DNA of 64,000 nucleotides, from IMG/VR virus record IMGVR_UViG_3300021185_003853, positions 32,001-96,000 of that record, one strand, 5' to 3'. Numbering within the stretch: the stretch's first letter is position 1; each line of letters starts with the position of its first letter. Positions 27,138-36,952 of the stretch are shown here, piece by piece. A program made the translations under genes and the position numbers. The notes beneath the pieces are model-generated. The model was given only the letters and a program-made list of their open reading frames with translations, had not been told where the DNA came from and ran no database searches. Origin of the DNA: a virus.

Positions 27138-30100
27138 ATGGGTATTAACACAAATCTAAACACAGCTCCTTACAATGATGACTTTGATGCTGACAAGCAA
27201 TACATTCGTGTGTTGTTTAAACCAGCACGGGCAGTTCAAGCAAGAGAGATGACACAACTACAATCAATCCTTCAAAATCAGATAGAAAGGTTTGGTAATA
27301 ATATTTACCAAGAAGGAACAATCATTGAAGGTGTGAACCCAACGGTTGATAAAAATGTCAATTTTGTCAAGATTAATGATCAATCAGGTATTGATGACTT
27401 AACAATTTATGCATCGACAGATGATGTTTCGTATTTCATCGAAGGCCTTTCTTCAGGACTTACTGCAAGAATCGTTGCTGGGGCAAATGGATTCCAGAGT
27501 GATGCGCCTGACTTGAAAACATTTTTTGTAAAGTATTTGCAATCAGTTGCAAACCAAGCTGGCACAGACGTTAAGCAATTTATTTCTGGTGAACTATTAA
27601 GTGTTACAAGAGAAGAAGATGGCGTAACGACAGCTGTTGCAACTGTCACAGCAAACGATGGGACTGATCATGTCGGAGAATCTTTAGCTGTTCAAGTAAC
27701 TGATGGAGTAATCTATCAGCATGGACACTTTAATTATGTTGCACCGCAACTTATCATCGCATCAAAGTATGATATTATTCCTGCTGATATCTCAGTAGGT
27801 TTTAACATCAATGAATCAATCGTTGACTCGGCACTAGACAATACATTGCTGGACAATGCCCAAGGATTTAACAATTTTAATGCTCCTGGTGCCGATAGAT
27901 TAAAACTAGAACCTAAGTTGGCAGTATATGATACTGCAACAAGACCTGAATCATTCTTTGCATTATTGAGAATCGAAAAGGGACAGACAGTATTTGTTCG
28001 TGGCGATACACAGTTTAACTCCATTAAAAAAGAACTTGCAAAAAGAACACAAGATGAGTCGGGCAGTTATGTTGTTAGTGGGTTACCTATCACAACAGAA
28101 AAAGATTCAGATGGGAAGTTTCAGGCTGTTATTGGTGCAGGACGGGCATATGCGTTCGGGTTCGAGATAAACAACATAGGTAAAACACGACTAGAGATTG
28201 AGCCCAGTGCAACAACAAGCACAAAATCTTTACAATCAACAGGTGTTGAGTATGGCGGATATCTGACAGTAGATGTATCATCAGCAGGCACTGACGTTGA
28301 ATCATTTAATTTCTCTGATAGATATAAATTGTGCAATTCGGCACAGCAAGACATAGGCACATGTTCAATACGAAACATTGAACCCGTAGGCAATGATAAG
28401 TTAAGAATTTATGTATATGCAGTGCAAAAAAATGAAAATGAACAAACTACTGATATAGCATTTATTTACAAAAATGCGACAACAAAAACTGCTGTATTAT
28501 CCGGCAACATCGTTGATGCGAATAAAGGATTGGCTATATTTGATACAGGCCGCCAAGGCATGAAGTCGGTTTCTAGTGTCGTATACACAGAAAGACAAAG
28601 AAAATATTACCCTATACCTGTTTCGTCATCATCTCCTATTCTGATTCCTGTTGAGGTTAACGGGCAAGTAACGACATCACCTATCACACAAGGCGGAGCT
28701 TTTGCAATTGACATTTCTGGGGAATATGTCGGCGCAACGATCGTAGAATCAGTCGCATCACCTAACACAGGTATCAGCATAACATTCCCAGCAGGTAAGA
28801 CCCTACAATATATCTATTACAATGCGAACATTAGTGGTGTTACACAAGACACATTAACAGCAATTGATGTTTGGGTTACTACTAGTCATTCTGCGATAAA
28901 TAATTTTGCTTCTTTAGGTCTTCCTAATGCTGTTGTACTTAATCAGGTTAAGGATAGTGAAGGAAAGGATGTCACGAGCAAGTTTGCATTACAAAGAAAT
29001 CAAAATGATGCATATTACGGGCTATCTTATCTTACGCTTAAATCAGGTGAAACGCTTGGTGCGGCAACTGCAACGATAAGTGCAAACTTCACTGTTCTTC
29101 AAAGAACTGTTAATGGTGGGTATATAACGCCGAATAGTTATAGCAATATTACTGATGTTTCTGAAAAACTTACATCATATACTGGCAGGAACGGAAAAAC
29201 GTATAATCTTTTAAATTCGTTTGATTTCAGACCTTATGCAGATACAACAGTTCAATACCTGACTGAAGAGGCGGGCGCTGCATCAGTCAACATTTCATCT
29301 TTACAACTTGACACTTTAGGATCTGCAATTCCTGTGTCATCGAATTCTACTATACTTGCAACACAAGAATATTATTTGGGCAGAATAGACAAACTTGCAA
29401 TTGACAAAACACAACAGTTTGTGATTGTAAAGGGTCAACCTGCTGATAACCCAGGAAAAGTTGTTAACGATTCTGTGTTCGGCATAGCAGACATTTTTGT
29501 GCCTGGTGTTAATATGTCTGTGTCAAAAGCAAATCCGATAAGAGTTGAAAGAAACACAATTAAAAATTACACTATGAAAGACATTGAATCAATTGAAAAA
29601 AGAGTTGATAGGGTTTTCGATGTGCTATCATTGAGTTTGCTTGAATCACAAACAAAAGATATGTTCATTCCCGATGCAAGCGGAAACAATAGATTTAAGA
29701 ATGGCATCTTAGTAGATCAATTCAAAGACCTTAGAGTTGCGGATATCACTGACGGAGACTTCAAAGCGTCAATTGAATCAGTGCAGAAATATCTTGCTCC
29801 TGCAGTGACTCAGTTCCCTATTGATCTTAAAGTTGATAGCGCAACATCATCAAATGTTGTGTCGTATGACGATGTGACAACGCTATCAAGTTCTAGTAGA
29901 GAAACATTGCTTTCACAGGAATATGCAACAAGTTTCAGAAACTGTGCATCAAACTTTTATAATTACAACGGCACAGTTTTAATGGAACCTAAATTTGATG
30001 CTGGGTATGATGTTATTGAAAACCCTGCGGTCACAATAGATATCGATCTTGCTGGTGCTGTGCTTAGTGCAGTAGACACTATTCAACAATTCGTTCCGTT

Positions 30101-32423
30101 AACATCGACAACGCAAACAAATAGTGTTCAGTCAGAGTTTAATCAACAAGGAAACTTTTCTGTAGCGAGTATAACAGATTCATTCTTGACTGAAACTTTG
30201 ACTAGCGACACATTTAATACGACACAAAATTTAGGTTCATTCGTAACAGATTTTTCAATGACACCCTTCATGAATTCTAAAGTCATTAAAATCGGGGTTT
30301 CAGGATTACGACCAAACACAAGACATTATTTCTACTTTGATGAGAAACCTGTTTCTGCTCATGTTGCTCCTGGCGGCATTATAGAAAATGGCATTTCACG
30401 AAGCATTAAAGCTTCTGACATCTCTGCAATAGGGTCCAGAGGTGCTGCTGTTAAGTCAGATCAATACGGAAGATTATTTGCAGTATTCCAATTGCCCGGA
30501 CAAACATTCTTAGTAGGTGAAGCAGATCTGGTTATCTCAGATGCTGATCAATTCAATAGTATTGAATCAGCAGGAACATCTTCTGCTAAAGAAACTTATC
30601 GTGCGTATGGATTTACTGTGAACAGAACTGCAATAGGATCAGATGTCAGATCCGTTGACTTCGATATTGAATCAGACACATTCAGCACATCAAGAGAACT
30701 TAGAGTTTGGAATCCTCCACCAAGAAGAAGAGGCGGAGATCCATTAGCGCAAACTTTCGCAATTCAACCTGCGCAAGCAGAATATGCATCGTACATCTTT
30801 ACCGATAAACTTGATTTGTGGTTTAAGAAGAAATCACCTGCTTCACGAAGAAACGGAGTCACTGTCCAATTGCGTGAAGTTGAAAACGGGTATCCTACTG
30901 CTAAAATAGTGACATTTGGTATGAAACATGTTGACTGGAGTGAAATATCAATATCTGATGATGCATCATCAGCAACTACTGTTGTTTTTGATAATCCAGT
31001 CAAACTTGAAGTCGGGAAAGAATATGCAATTGTTGTTGTTCCTGATGCAACTGATCCTGATTATTTCATATGGACGGCAAAGGTCGGAGAGAATAGCATC
31101 AATGACGATAGTGTTCAGGTTTCATCTGACTGGGGTTCAGGTGTATTGTTTACATCAACAAACAACCAAGCATGGGAATCATATCAAAACGAAGACGTCA
31201 AATTTAAGTTGTACAAGATTCCGTTTTCCACAAATCCAGGACACATTGATCTTGTTGCTAATGACATGGAATTCATTGACATTAATCCTGATACACGCAA
31301 CGGCAACTTTATTGTTGATGAGTATGCTTATGTGTCATTATCAGGCAATACATTCTCAGGAAACTTAACATCTGAAAGAAAGATTAATGTTCCTAGTAGT
31401 TTAAGCGACTTTTCTATTGTTCAGGGTGACTTGGTCATTGTTGAAAAACAAGGAAGCACGCATGTGTCAACTGTTAAATCTTTGACAACTGTAGCATCAA
31501 ATCGTGTTATTGTTCTTTCAGATTTGCCGCCATTTACTGCAGGGCCATTGACAATATCGCTAGGTGTCGGAGGTAAAGTAACATACTTCAACCAAAACAA
31601 AGGCAATGCAGTGCATATCAAAGAAAGTACATCAAGAACTTCTGCGCAATATACAGCGTCAGCAACTGTTACAGGTGCAACGTCTGGGGCAACAGGAGAA
31701 ATCGTTTCTTTATCAAGCGCAAATGTGTCTTATATTCAACCTTTCGTTATGCAACAAAATACATTGCGAACTTCTAGTGAATTGACACTATTTAAAAATA
31801 CAGCAGCATTTGATACTGCAAACTTGTCGCCTGGCCAAGGTGTTCCTTTACACTCAAACCTTTTCTTGACAGGTGAACAAAGATCAATTCCGTCAAAACA
31901 ATTACTGCTCGCTGACACTGCAGGTAATCAAATTGATAGGTTTAGATTGAGACTAGATTTATCTAATAATGAATACAAATACGTAACACCTGTTATTGAT
32001 AATGCACTTGCACAACTTCAGGCATACAATTATACGATGTCGAATACTATAGGTAACACATCTAAATATGTTTCTAAGAAAGTTGTGTTGCAAGCGGGAT
32101 ACCCGGGACAGGGGTTGAAGGTTATTCTGTCCGCATTCCGACCAACAGGTACGAGCGTAGATGTTCAAGCACGATTCTTATATCCGTCTGATCCTGAAAA
32201 TTATTCCGATTGGGTTTCATTGACGAATAACAATCCTGATTTATATTCATCATCTGCAAACATAAAAGATTTTCGTGAATTTGATTATTCGTTTACTGAA
32301 GCAGCGACTCCTTTAGAATATGATGCATTTCAAATCAAGATTATTATGAAACACGATGATGCAAACGCAAGCACAGGTCTGTTCCCACTTGTTCATGATT
32401 ACAGAGCGATAGCGTTGACATAA
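27138..32423 (+). CDS. Large virion structural protein, VrlC/DUF4815-like
   Basis: NLNTAPYNDDFD..YIRVLFKP.RAVQAREMTQLQSILQNQI, APGADRLK, YTMKDI, RFKNGILVD, DPLAQTF. Confidence 0.82.
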   Translation: MGINTNLNTAPYNDDFDADKQYIRVLFKPARAVQAREMTQLQSILQNQIERFGNNIYQEGTIIEGVNPTVDKNVNFVKINDQSGIDDLTIYASTDDVSYFIEGLSSGLTARIVAGANGFQSDAPDLKTFFVKYLQSVANQAGTDVKQFISGELLSVTREEDGVTTAVATVTANDGTDHVGESLAVQVTDGVIYQHGHFNYVAPQLIIASKYDIIPADISVGFNINESIVDSALDNTLLDNAQGFNNFNAPGADRLKLEPKLAVYDTATRPESFFALLRIEKGQTVFVRGDTQFNSIKKELAKRTQDESGSYVVSGLPITTEKDSDGKFQAVIGAGRAYAFGFEINNIGKTRLEIEPSATTSTKSLQSTGVEYGGYLTVDVSSAGTDVESFNFSDRYKLCNSAQQDIGTCSIRNIEPVGNDKLRIYVYAVQKNENEQTTDIAFIYKNATTKTAVLSGNIVDANKGLAIFDTGRQGMKSVSSVVYTERQRKYYPIPVSSSSPILIPVEVNGQVTTSPITQGGAFAIDISGEYVGATIVESVASPNTGISITFPAGKTLQYIYYNANISGVTQDTLTAIDVWVTTSHSAINNFASLGLPNAVVLNQVKDSEGKDVTSKFALQRNQNDAYYGLSYLTLKSGETLGAATATISANFTVLQRTVNGGYITPNSYSNITDVSEKLTSYTGRNGKTYNLLNSFDFRPYADTTVQYLTEEAGAASVNISSLQLDTLGSAIPVSSNSTILATQEYYLGRIDKLAIDKTQQFVIVKGQPADNPGKVVNDSVFGIADIFVPGVNMSVSKANPIRVERNTIKNYTMKDIESIEKRVDRVFDVLSLSLLESQTKDMFIPDASGNNRFKNGILVDQFKDLRVADITDGDFKASIESVQKYLAPAVTQFPIDLKVDSATSSNVVSYDDVTTLSSSSRETLLSQEYATSFRNCASNFYNYNGTVLMEPKFDAGYDVIENPAVTIDIDLAGAVLSAVDTIQQFVPLTSTTQTNSVQSEFNQQGNFSVASITDSFLTETLTSDTFNTTQNLGSFVTDFSMTPFMNSKVIKIGVSGLRPNTRHYFYFDEKPVSAHVAPGGIIENGISRSIKASDISAIGSRGAAVKSDQYGRLFAVFQLPGQTFLVGEADLVISDADQFNSIESAGTSSAKETYRAYGFTVNRTAIGSDVRSVDFDIESDTFSTSRELRVWNPPPRRRGGDPLAQTFAIQPAQAEYASYIFTDKLDLWFKKKSPASRRNGVTVQLREVENGYPTAKIVTFGMKHVDWSEISISDDASSATTVVFDNPVKLEVGKEYAIVVVPDATDPDYFIWTAKVGENSINDDSVQVSSDWGSGVLFTSTNNQAWESYQNEDVKFKLYKIPFSTNPGHIDLVANDMEFIDINPDTRNGNFIVDEYAYVSLSGNTFSGNLTSERKINVPSSLSDFSIVQGDLVIVEKQGSTHVSTVKSLTTVASNRVIVLSDLPPFTAGPLTISLGVGGKVTYFNQNKGNAVHIKESTSRTSAQYTASATVTGATSGATGEIVSLSSANVSYIQPFVMQQNTLRTSSELTLFKNTAAFDTANLSPGQGVPLHSNLFLTGEQRSIPSKQLLLADTAGNQIDRFRLRLDLSNNEYKYVTPVIDNALAQLQAYNYTMSNTIGNTSKYVSKKVVLQAGYPGQGLKVILSAFRPTGTSVDVQARFLYPSDPENYSDWVSLTNNNPDLYSSSANIKDFREFDYSFTEAATPLEYDAFQIKIIMKHDDANASTGLFPLVHDYRAIALT

Positions 32424-32620
32424 TGAATACTGCAAATACGTTTACACGAGCAGAAACGTCAGCGTTAGTTAATACAGACGATGCTGCATACAGGGCAGCA
32501 AAGTTGAGATCAAAAAAAGAAAACGAATATCAACAACTGATTCAAAAAGTTGAAAAACTAGAAACATGTGTTGAAAATTTAAAACTTAGAATAGAAGAGA
32601 TAGAAAGCAATGGCGATTAG
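32423..32620 (+). CDS. Small coiled-coil protein
   Basis: ALVNTD..AY motif; coupled to both neighbours. Confidence 0.7.
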   Translation: MNTANTFTRAETSALVNTDDAAYRAAKLRSKKENEYQQLIQKVEKLETCVENLKLRIEEIESNGD

Positions 32621-34070
32621 TTATACAGCATTACAAACTACTGATACATTCCAGGAATGGTTTGATAAGACTAATGAGATCGGCGATAATTTATCTGACA
32701 ATGCAGTTTGTTATGGCGGCGCATCAGGTGATAATCGTGGTTCTGGCGGCGTTCTTATTGAAGGTCCTTTGGTCACTGAAAATACAACTGTAGGTGTTCA
32801 AACAAATATCCTTACGCCGAACACAGGCACTACAATTAAACTCGATGCCAATACAGTTGAGTTCTCTGAACAGCAAATGATATTTACTCCTGCCGAAGGT
32901 AAAAACGACACGATACAATTCGTGAAAGGCACGACCGCTTCAGCGAATAATAAGATATGGAAAATAGGTCCTGTTGATAATCACACTGACCTAGACATTG
33001 TTGGTCGAAACGCAGACAATAATAGTGCTGATGCAATCTTTACAATTAGAAGGTCGGATGGCGAAACACTCGGTTTGATAACAGGAACTGACATTAAACT
33101 CGATACTGAATTGTTAAAAGATGATGTCGCTGCTAATACAGCCAATCAATGGGCAACAACTCGCCAAATTTCAATATCAGGTATGGTAACAGGCACTGCA
33201 GTAGATATTGATGGAACAGGTAACATTGAAATCGCTAACACAACTGTTGACTTCAGTACTGTAGAATCTGGTGTCCAAGTGTTGACGATTGGTGATGGAT
33301 TGGTAACATTTACTCCGGTCGGAGGAAGCGCCAGCACTGCGGCAGATCCTAATATCAAACACTATGTACCTAATCCTGTCGCAACGACCACATCAAACTC
33401 TGCTGGCACCTTGATTGAAGATTTACAATTTGATGAGTTTGGTCACGTTGAATCTGTGACAACCCTTGATGCAGATAGTCGATATCTATTGCGGAATCCT
33501 ACCGCAGATGCAAATAGATCGAAACTTGACGGTTCCGGGTTTGTTGTTGAATCTGCAACAAAAATATCTTTCCAAAAAGGAAATGAAACAGCAAATACTA
33601 ACGCCGAAGGGTTTCTGCAATCCTCAGGCAATGATGATTTTATCGTCAGTTCAGGCGGCATGGACAATTTTAAGATACGGTCGGACAATAAAGTTTTCAT
33701 CCAGAATAGGACGGGCACTAGCAAATTTGAATTTCAAACGAGTAACGGCAACTTTATTGCGAGCGGTGATATTACAGCATTCGGTAGCGCATCCGATAAA
33801 TCGTTAAAAGAAAATATTGAACCTATTGAAAATGCTCTTGAAAAGGTTGATGCGATTAACGGTTACACATTTAATTATATTGATGCGCCAGAAAAAGGAA
33901 GGGTGCCTGGTGTGATCGCTCAAGAATTAGAGCAAGTTTTACCTGAAGCAGTGTATGAAACTGAAGATGGGAAAAAAGCAGTTCGATATGATAACACTGT
34001 TGCATTACTCATTGAAGCGATTAAAGAACTAAAACAACAGGTCGAAGATCTGAAATCAACTAAAGGATAG
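32610..34070 (+). CDS. Tail fibre with C-terminal intramolecular chaperone (peptidase S74)
   Basis: N-terminal TDTFQEWFDKTN. C-terminal GDITAFGSASDKSLKENI...GVIAQELEQVLPEAV...LLIEAIKEL. Confidence 0.85.
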   Translation: MAISYTALQTTDTFQEWFDKTNEIGDNLSDNAVCYGGASGDNRGSGGVLIEGPLVTENTTVGVQTNILTPNTGTTIKLDANTVEFSEQQMIFTPAEGKNDTIQFVKGTTASANNKIWKIGPVDNHTDLDIVGRNADNNSADAIFTIRRSDGETLGLITGTDIKLDTELLKDDVAANTANQWATTRQISISGMVTGTAVDIDGTGNIEIANTTVDFSTVESGVQVLTIGDGLVTFTPVGGSASTAADPNIKHYVPNPVATTTSNSAGTLIEDLQFDEFGHVESVTTLDADSRYLLRNPTADANRSKLDGSGFVVESATKISFQKGNETANTNAEGFLQSSGNDDFIVSSGGMDNFKIRSDNKVFIQNRTGTSKFEFQTSNGNFIASGDITAFGSASDKSLKENIEPIENALEKVDAINGYTFNYIDAPEKGRVPGVIAQELEQVLPEAVYETEDGKKAVRYDNTVALLIEAIKELKQQVEDLKSTKG

Positions 34071-34080
34071 AATCGCTCAC

Positions 34081-36216
34081 ATGCCTATTAAGCCATATGT
34101 AGATGCAGATGATGTTTTAGCAACCTTTGATCCCGCATCGTCTTTAAAAATGTCTGAAATAAAGGCAGAATTTACGGGCGATAGTACTCCTTCTTTAGGT
34201 GAGTATTTTCGTGAAGGTGATAATGTAAGGTCGCATGATTTTCTTCACACATATAAAGGTGCATATTATTTAGGTTTTTATGCTGTAATAAATTCCGGCA
34301 ATAGCGCCAAAATGGATATTAAGTATCATATACCAGGTGTTACCGCTGCAGGAGCAATAACAACACTATCTGCACAAAGTGTACAACCTGGCGGCACATT
34401 GACGTATGGTGACAATTCACAATATCAGTTTAAAATTAGTACCGAATTTATGGATGGGTCATCTACTAGGTATGGCATTAAACTTAGAATTGTTAAAAAT
34501 ATTGCTATTCCTACTAAAGCATCAGGTAAACCTGTACCAATCTCATTCAGTGATTTTTATGGAACAGAAAAAGCAACCGCCGTCCCATTAGACGCACAGA
34601 AATTAACAATCACTGTGCCGGTTAATTTTGGACATGCTTATGACGGATATAATTTAAAAGACGAGCTTGAACGATACAGCGCATGGGATGATCCCAATGT
34701 GATTGTGAGTGAAGTTGTTTTGAATATAGATAGCGGAACTGTATTGGGATCAACAAACACTTCTGTCGCAGGCCTTACTATTGCAAATTTGCCTGACCAA
34801 TTAAAGGTTACAGTTAATCTTAATGTAGGCGCCATTATTTACGGATGCGGCGGAGACGGAGGTGATGTTCCGGTAAATAATCCGATGTTTGATGCTGCTG
34901 CGAAAGAACTAGCTAAAGGTAAACCTGGCGGGCCCGCAGTAAAAATAGATCATCCTGTAGGTAAAGTTTATTTTAATATGGAAGATAGAACTGCGTTTAA
35001 CAAAAATTCATATTCAATACTTGGCGGTGGCGGTGGCGGCGCTGCGGGATATACTACTGACTCAAATGGCACGGCATATGGAAGCGGCGGTGGTGGCGGC
35101 GCAGGCGGCGGCAAAGGTGGCAATTGTCGATCCGGTGGGAGTGTAGTTCAAATGACTGATGCTGGGCATCGTTCTGATTTTCAGGAATGGAAAGGTCTGC
35201 CCGGAATCTCTTCTAGACGCAACACAAATCCTGATGATGCATTCTATGTAGAACCCAAAGAATCAATTTGTGGCGGCGCCGGAGGAAGTGTTGTAAGAAA
35301 CCTTAAAAGAAATGGCAAGATTGATTGGTATTACAAAGATAACTTGTCTACCACTAACGGACAAACTGTAGAGCAAGTTTTGCGAGCATTTCACGGAGGG
35401 CAGGCAGACAACAGTAAAGTGGGCGCAGGAAATAATATTGATGTTCCTATTCCAAATCTCGCTGGTAGTGCTTTCGTAAGACATAATTATTCAGGTAAGC
35501 ATACAAGAGTTTTTGTCATTGTGGACGGGCGCATTAAATATGCAGATGTTGGCAGCAGAAACAACTGGGTCTATACTGCCAACAATGGTTACGGGCTGCA
35601 ACTGTATGCTCAAGCCATAGGTACCCATATATCTCACAGCAACGGGCAATTTTCGCATAAATGGATGGAATATAGATTGAATAGAAAAAATGTACCGATA
35701 AGCCCAACATCATATACAACAAACTTTACTGTAAGCACAGGGGCGAATGGTGGAGTGATTCCTGCGTACAATTCTCCTGTCGGGACCGGCATAGGAAGGA
35801 ATCATTGGTCTGGAACAACTGTTGTAGAAGAAGCTATCGATATCTCAAATATTGATTTATCCGATATTAATTTTGGTGGGCCAGGGTCGGGAAGGCCTTT
35901 ATTTGACCTCAATCACATATCTGATGAAAACTTAAAGCAAAATATTAACAATGTTAGTGGTGCTCTAGATAAAGTTTGTAGCTTGGATGGTGTCACATTT
36001 AATTATAAACATGACGATAAGGAATCTGCTGGTGTGATTGCTCAACAGGTGGAGAAAGTATTGCCTTCAGCTGTGTTAATTAACAATACTAGTGATGAGG
36101 AATATAAAACAGTAGAATATCATCAGTTATCAGCATTATTCATTGAATCAATTAAAGAACTCAAAACACAAAACGAGGAATTAAGATTGATGATTAAGGA
36201 TTTAAAGGAGAAATAA
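34081..36216 (+). CDS. Glycine-rich adhesin-like fibre protein with a peptidase S74 domain
   Basis: SLGEYFR...ISFSDFYG N-terminus, polyglycine tracts, C-terminal SDENLK...GVIAQQVEKVLP. Confidence 0.72.
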   Translation: MPIKPYVDADDVLATFDPASSLKMSEIKAEFTGDSTPSLGEYFREGDNVRSHDFLHTYKGAYYLGFYAVINSGNSAKMDIKYHIPGVTAAGAITTLSAQSVQPGGTLTYGDNSQYQFKISTEFMDGSSTRYGIKLRIVKNIAIPTKASGKPVPISFSDFYGTEKATAVPLDAQKLTITVPVNFGHAYDGYNLKDELERYSAWDDPNVIVSEVVLNIDSGTVLGSTNTSVAGLTIANLPDQLKVTVNLNVGAIIYGCGGDGGDVPVNNPMFDAAAKELAKGKPGGPAVKIDHPVGKVYFNMEDRTAFNKNSYSILGGGGGGAAGYTTDSNGTAYGSGGGGGAGGGKGGNCRSGGSVVQMTDAGHRSDFQEWKGLPGISSRRNTNPDDAFYVEPKESICGGAGGSVVRNLKRNGKIDWYYKDNLSTTNGQTVEQVLRAFHGGQADNSKVGAGNNIDVPIPNLAGSAFVRHNYSGKHTRVFVIVDGRIKYADVGSRNNWVYTANNGYGLQLYAQAIGTHISHSNGQFSHKWMEYRLNRKNVPISPTSYTTNFTVSTGANGGVIPAYNSPVGTGIGRNHWSGTTVVEEAIDISNIDLSDINFGGPGSGRPLFDLNHISDENLKQNINNVSGALDKVCSLDGVTFNYKHDDKESAGVIAQQVEKVLPSAVLINNTSDEEYKTVEYHQLSALFIESIKELKTQNEELRLMIKDLKEK

Positions 36217-36876
36217 ATGGGATCACATACTCCAGGCTCGAGTTGGAGCACTGGCAGCGGCGGTGGTAGCACCACTGACTTTGACGGCCTTGGTTCGCTT
36301 GACCTCGCTCTAGTTTCTTTCAATACCTCTACAGAATTTTATCCAGATTATCCTAGTTATGTCCCTGAAAAGGGCGACAGAGATGTTCATGCAGGAGGGT
36401 ATGGCGGATCGTTCTTAAATAACACAGCACCCGTAGTTGATATGCTTGGTACGGGGCAAATATCATCTTGGTATGGCGGCACAGCTGGTGATCCTGATCC
36501 TCATGAACAAAACGGATCAGGAAACCCCAATCCGACTTCATCAAATAGTTTAGCGGGTTTAAACACAAAAACGAGAATAAAGTACGTTGATAATGCTCTC
36601 GGAGGCGCAGGCGGCGGCGGCGGGGGATACGGCTTTACAGGCGGCAAAACATTTGTTCATGTTAATGGCGTAGAACAAGGTCGATCGATAGTGACTACCG
36701 CCCCTGAACTAATATCTGGAGGCTCAGCAGGAGCAGCCTTTGCTGTCAACGATGCAGGACACTTGGATGCCGAATATTCAAACGTAGCTGCAATCAACAA
36801 AAGTTCATTCGGCAGAATCGAAGGTCCTTTAACAGACCTTACCGGAAGTATTATCAACCTTCGAATAGGATCTTGA
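36217..36876 (+). CDS. Glycine-rich protein resembling the C-terminal part of a gp38-like adhesin
   Basis: GGYGG, GGAGGGGGGYG, GGSAGAAF; directly abuts the previous stop, with a GGAG RBS. Confidence 0.6.
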   Translation: MGSHTPGSSWSTGSGGGSTTDFDGLGSLDLALVSFNTSTEFYPDYPSYVPEKGDRDVHAGGYGGSFLNNTAPVVDMLGTGQISSWYGGTAGDPDPHEQNGSGNPNPTSSNSLAGLNTKTRIKYVDNALGGAGGGGGGYGFTGGKTFVHVNGVEQGRSIVTTAPELISGGSAGAAFAVNDAGHLDAEYSNVAAINKSSFGRIEGPLTDLTGSIINLRIGS

Positions 36877-36912
36877 TGCAAGGTTGTATCGAAACACGCT
36901 TGTAGGCGTATA

Positions 36913-36920
36913 TATAAATA
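36913..36920 (+). promoter_or_regulatory. T4 late promoter
   Basis: Intergenic TATAAATA before 36953. Confidence 0.85.
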
Positions 36921-36952
36921 AACATTATACTTAAAAGGAAAGGCACAACCAG

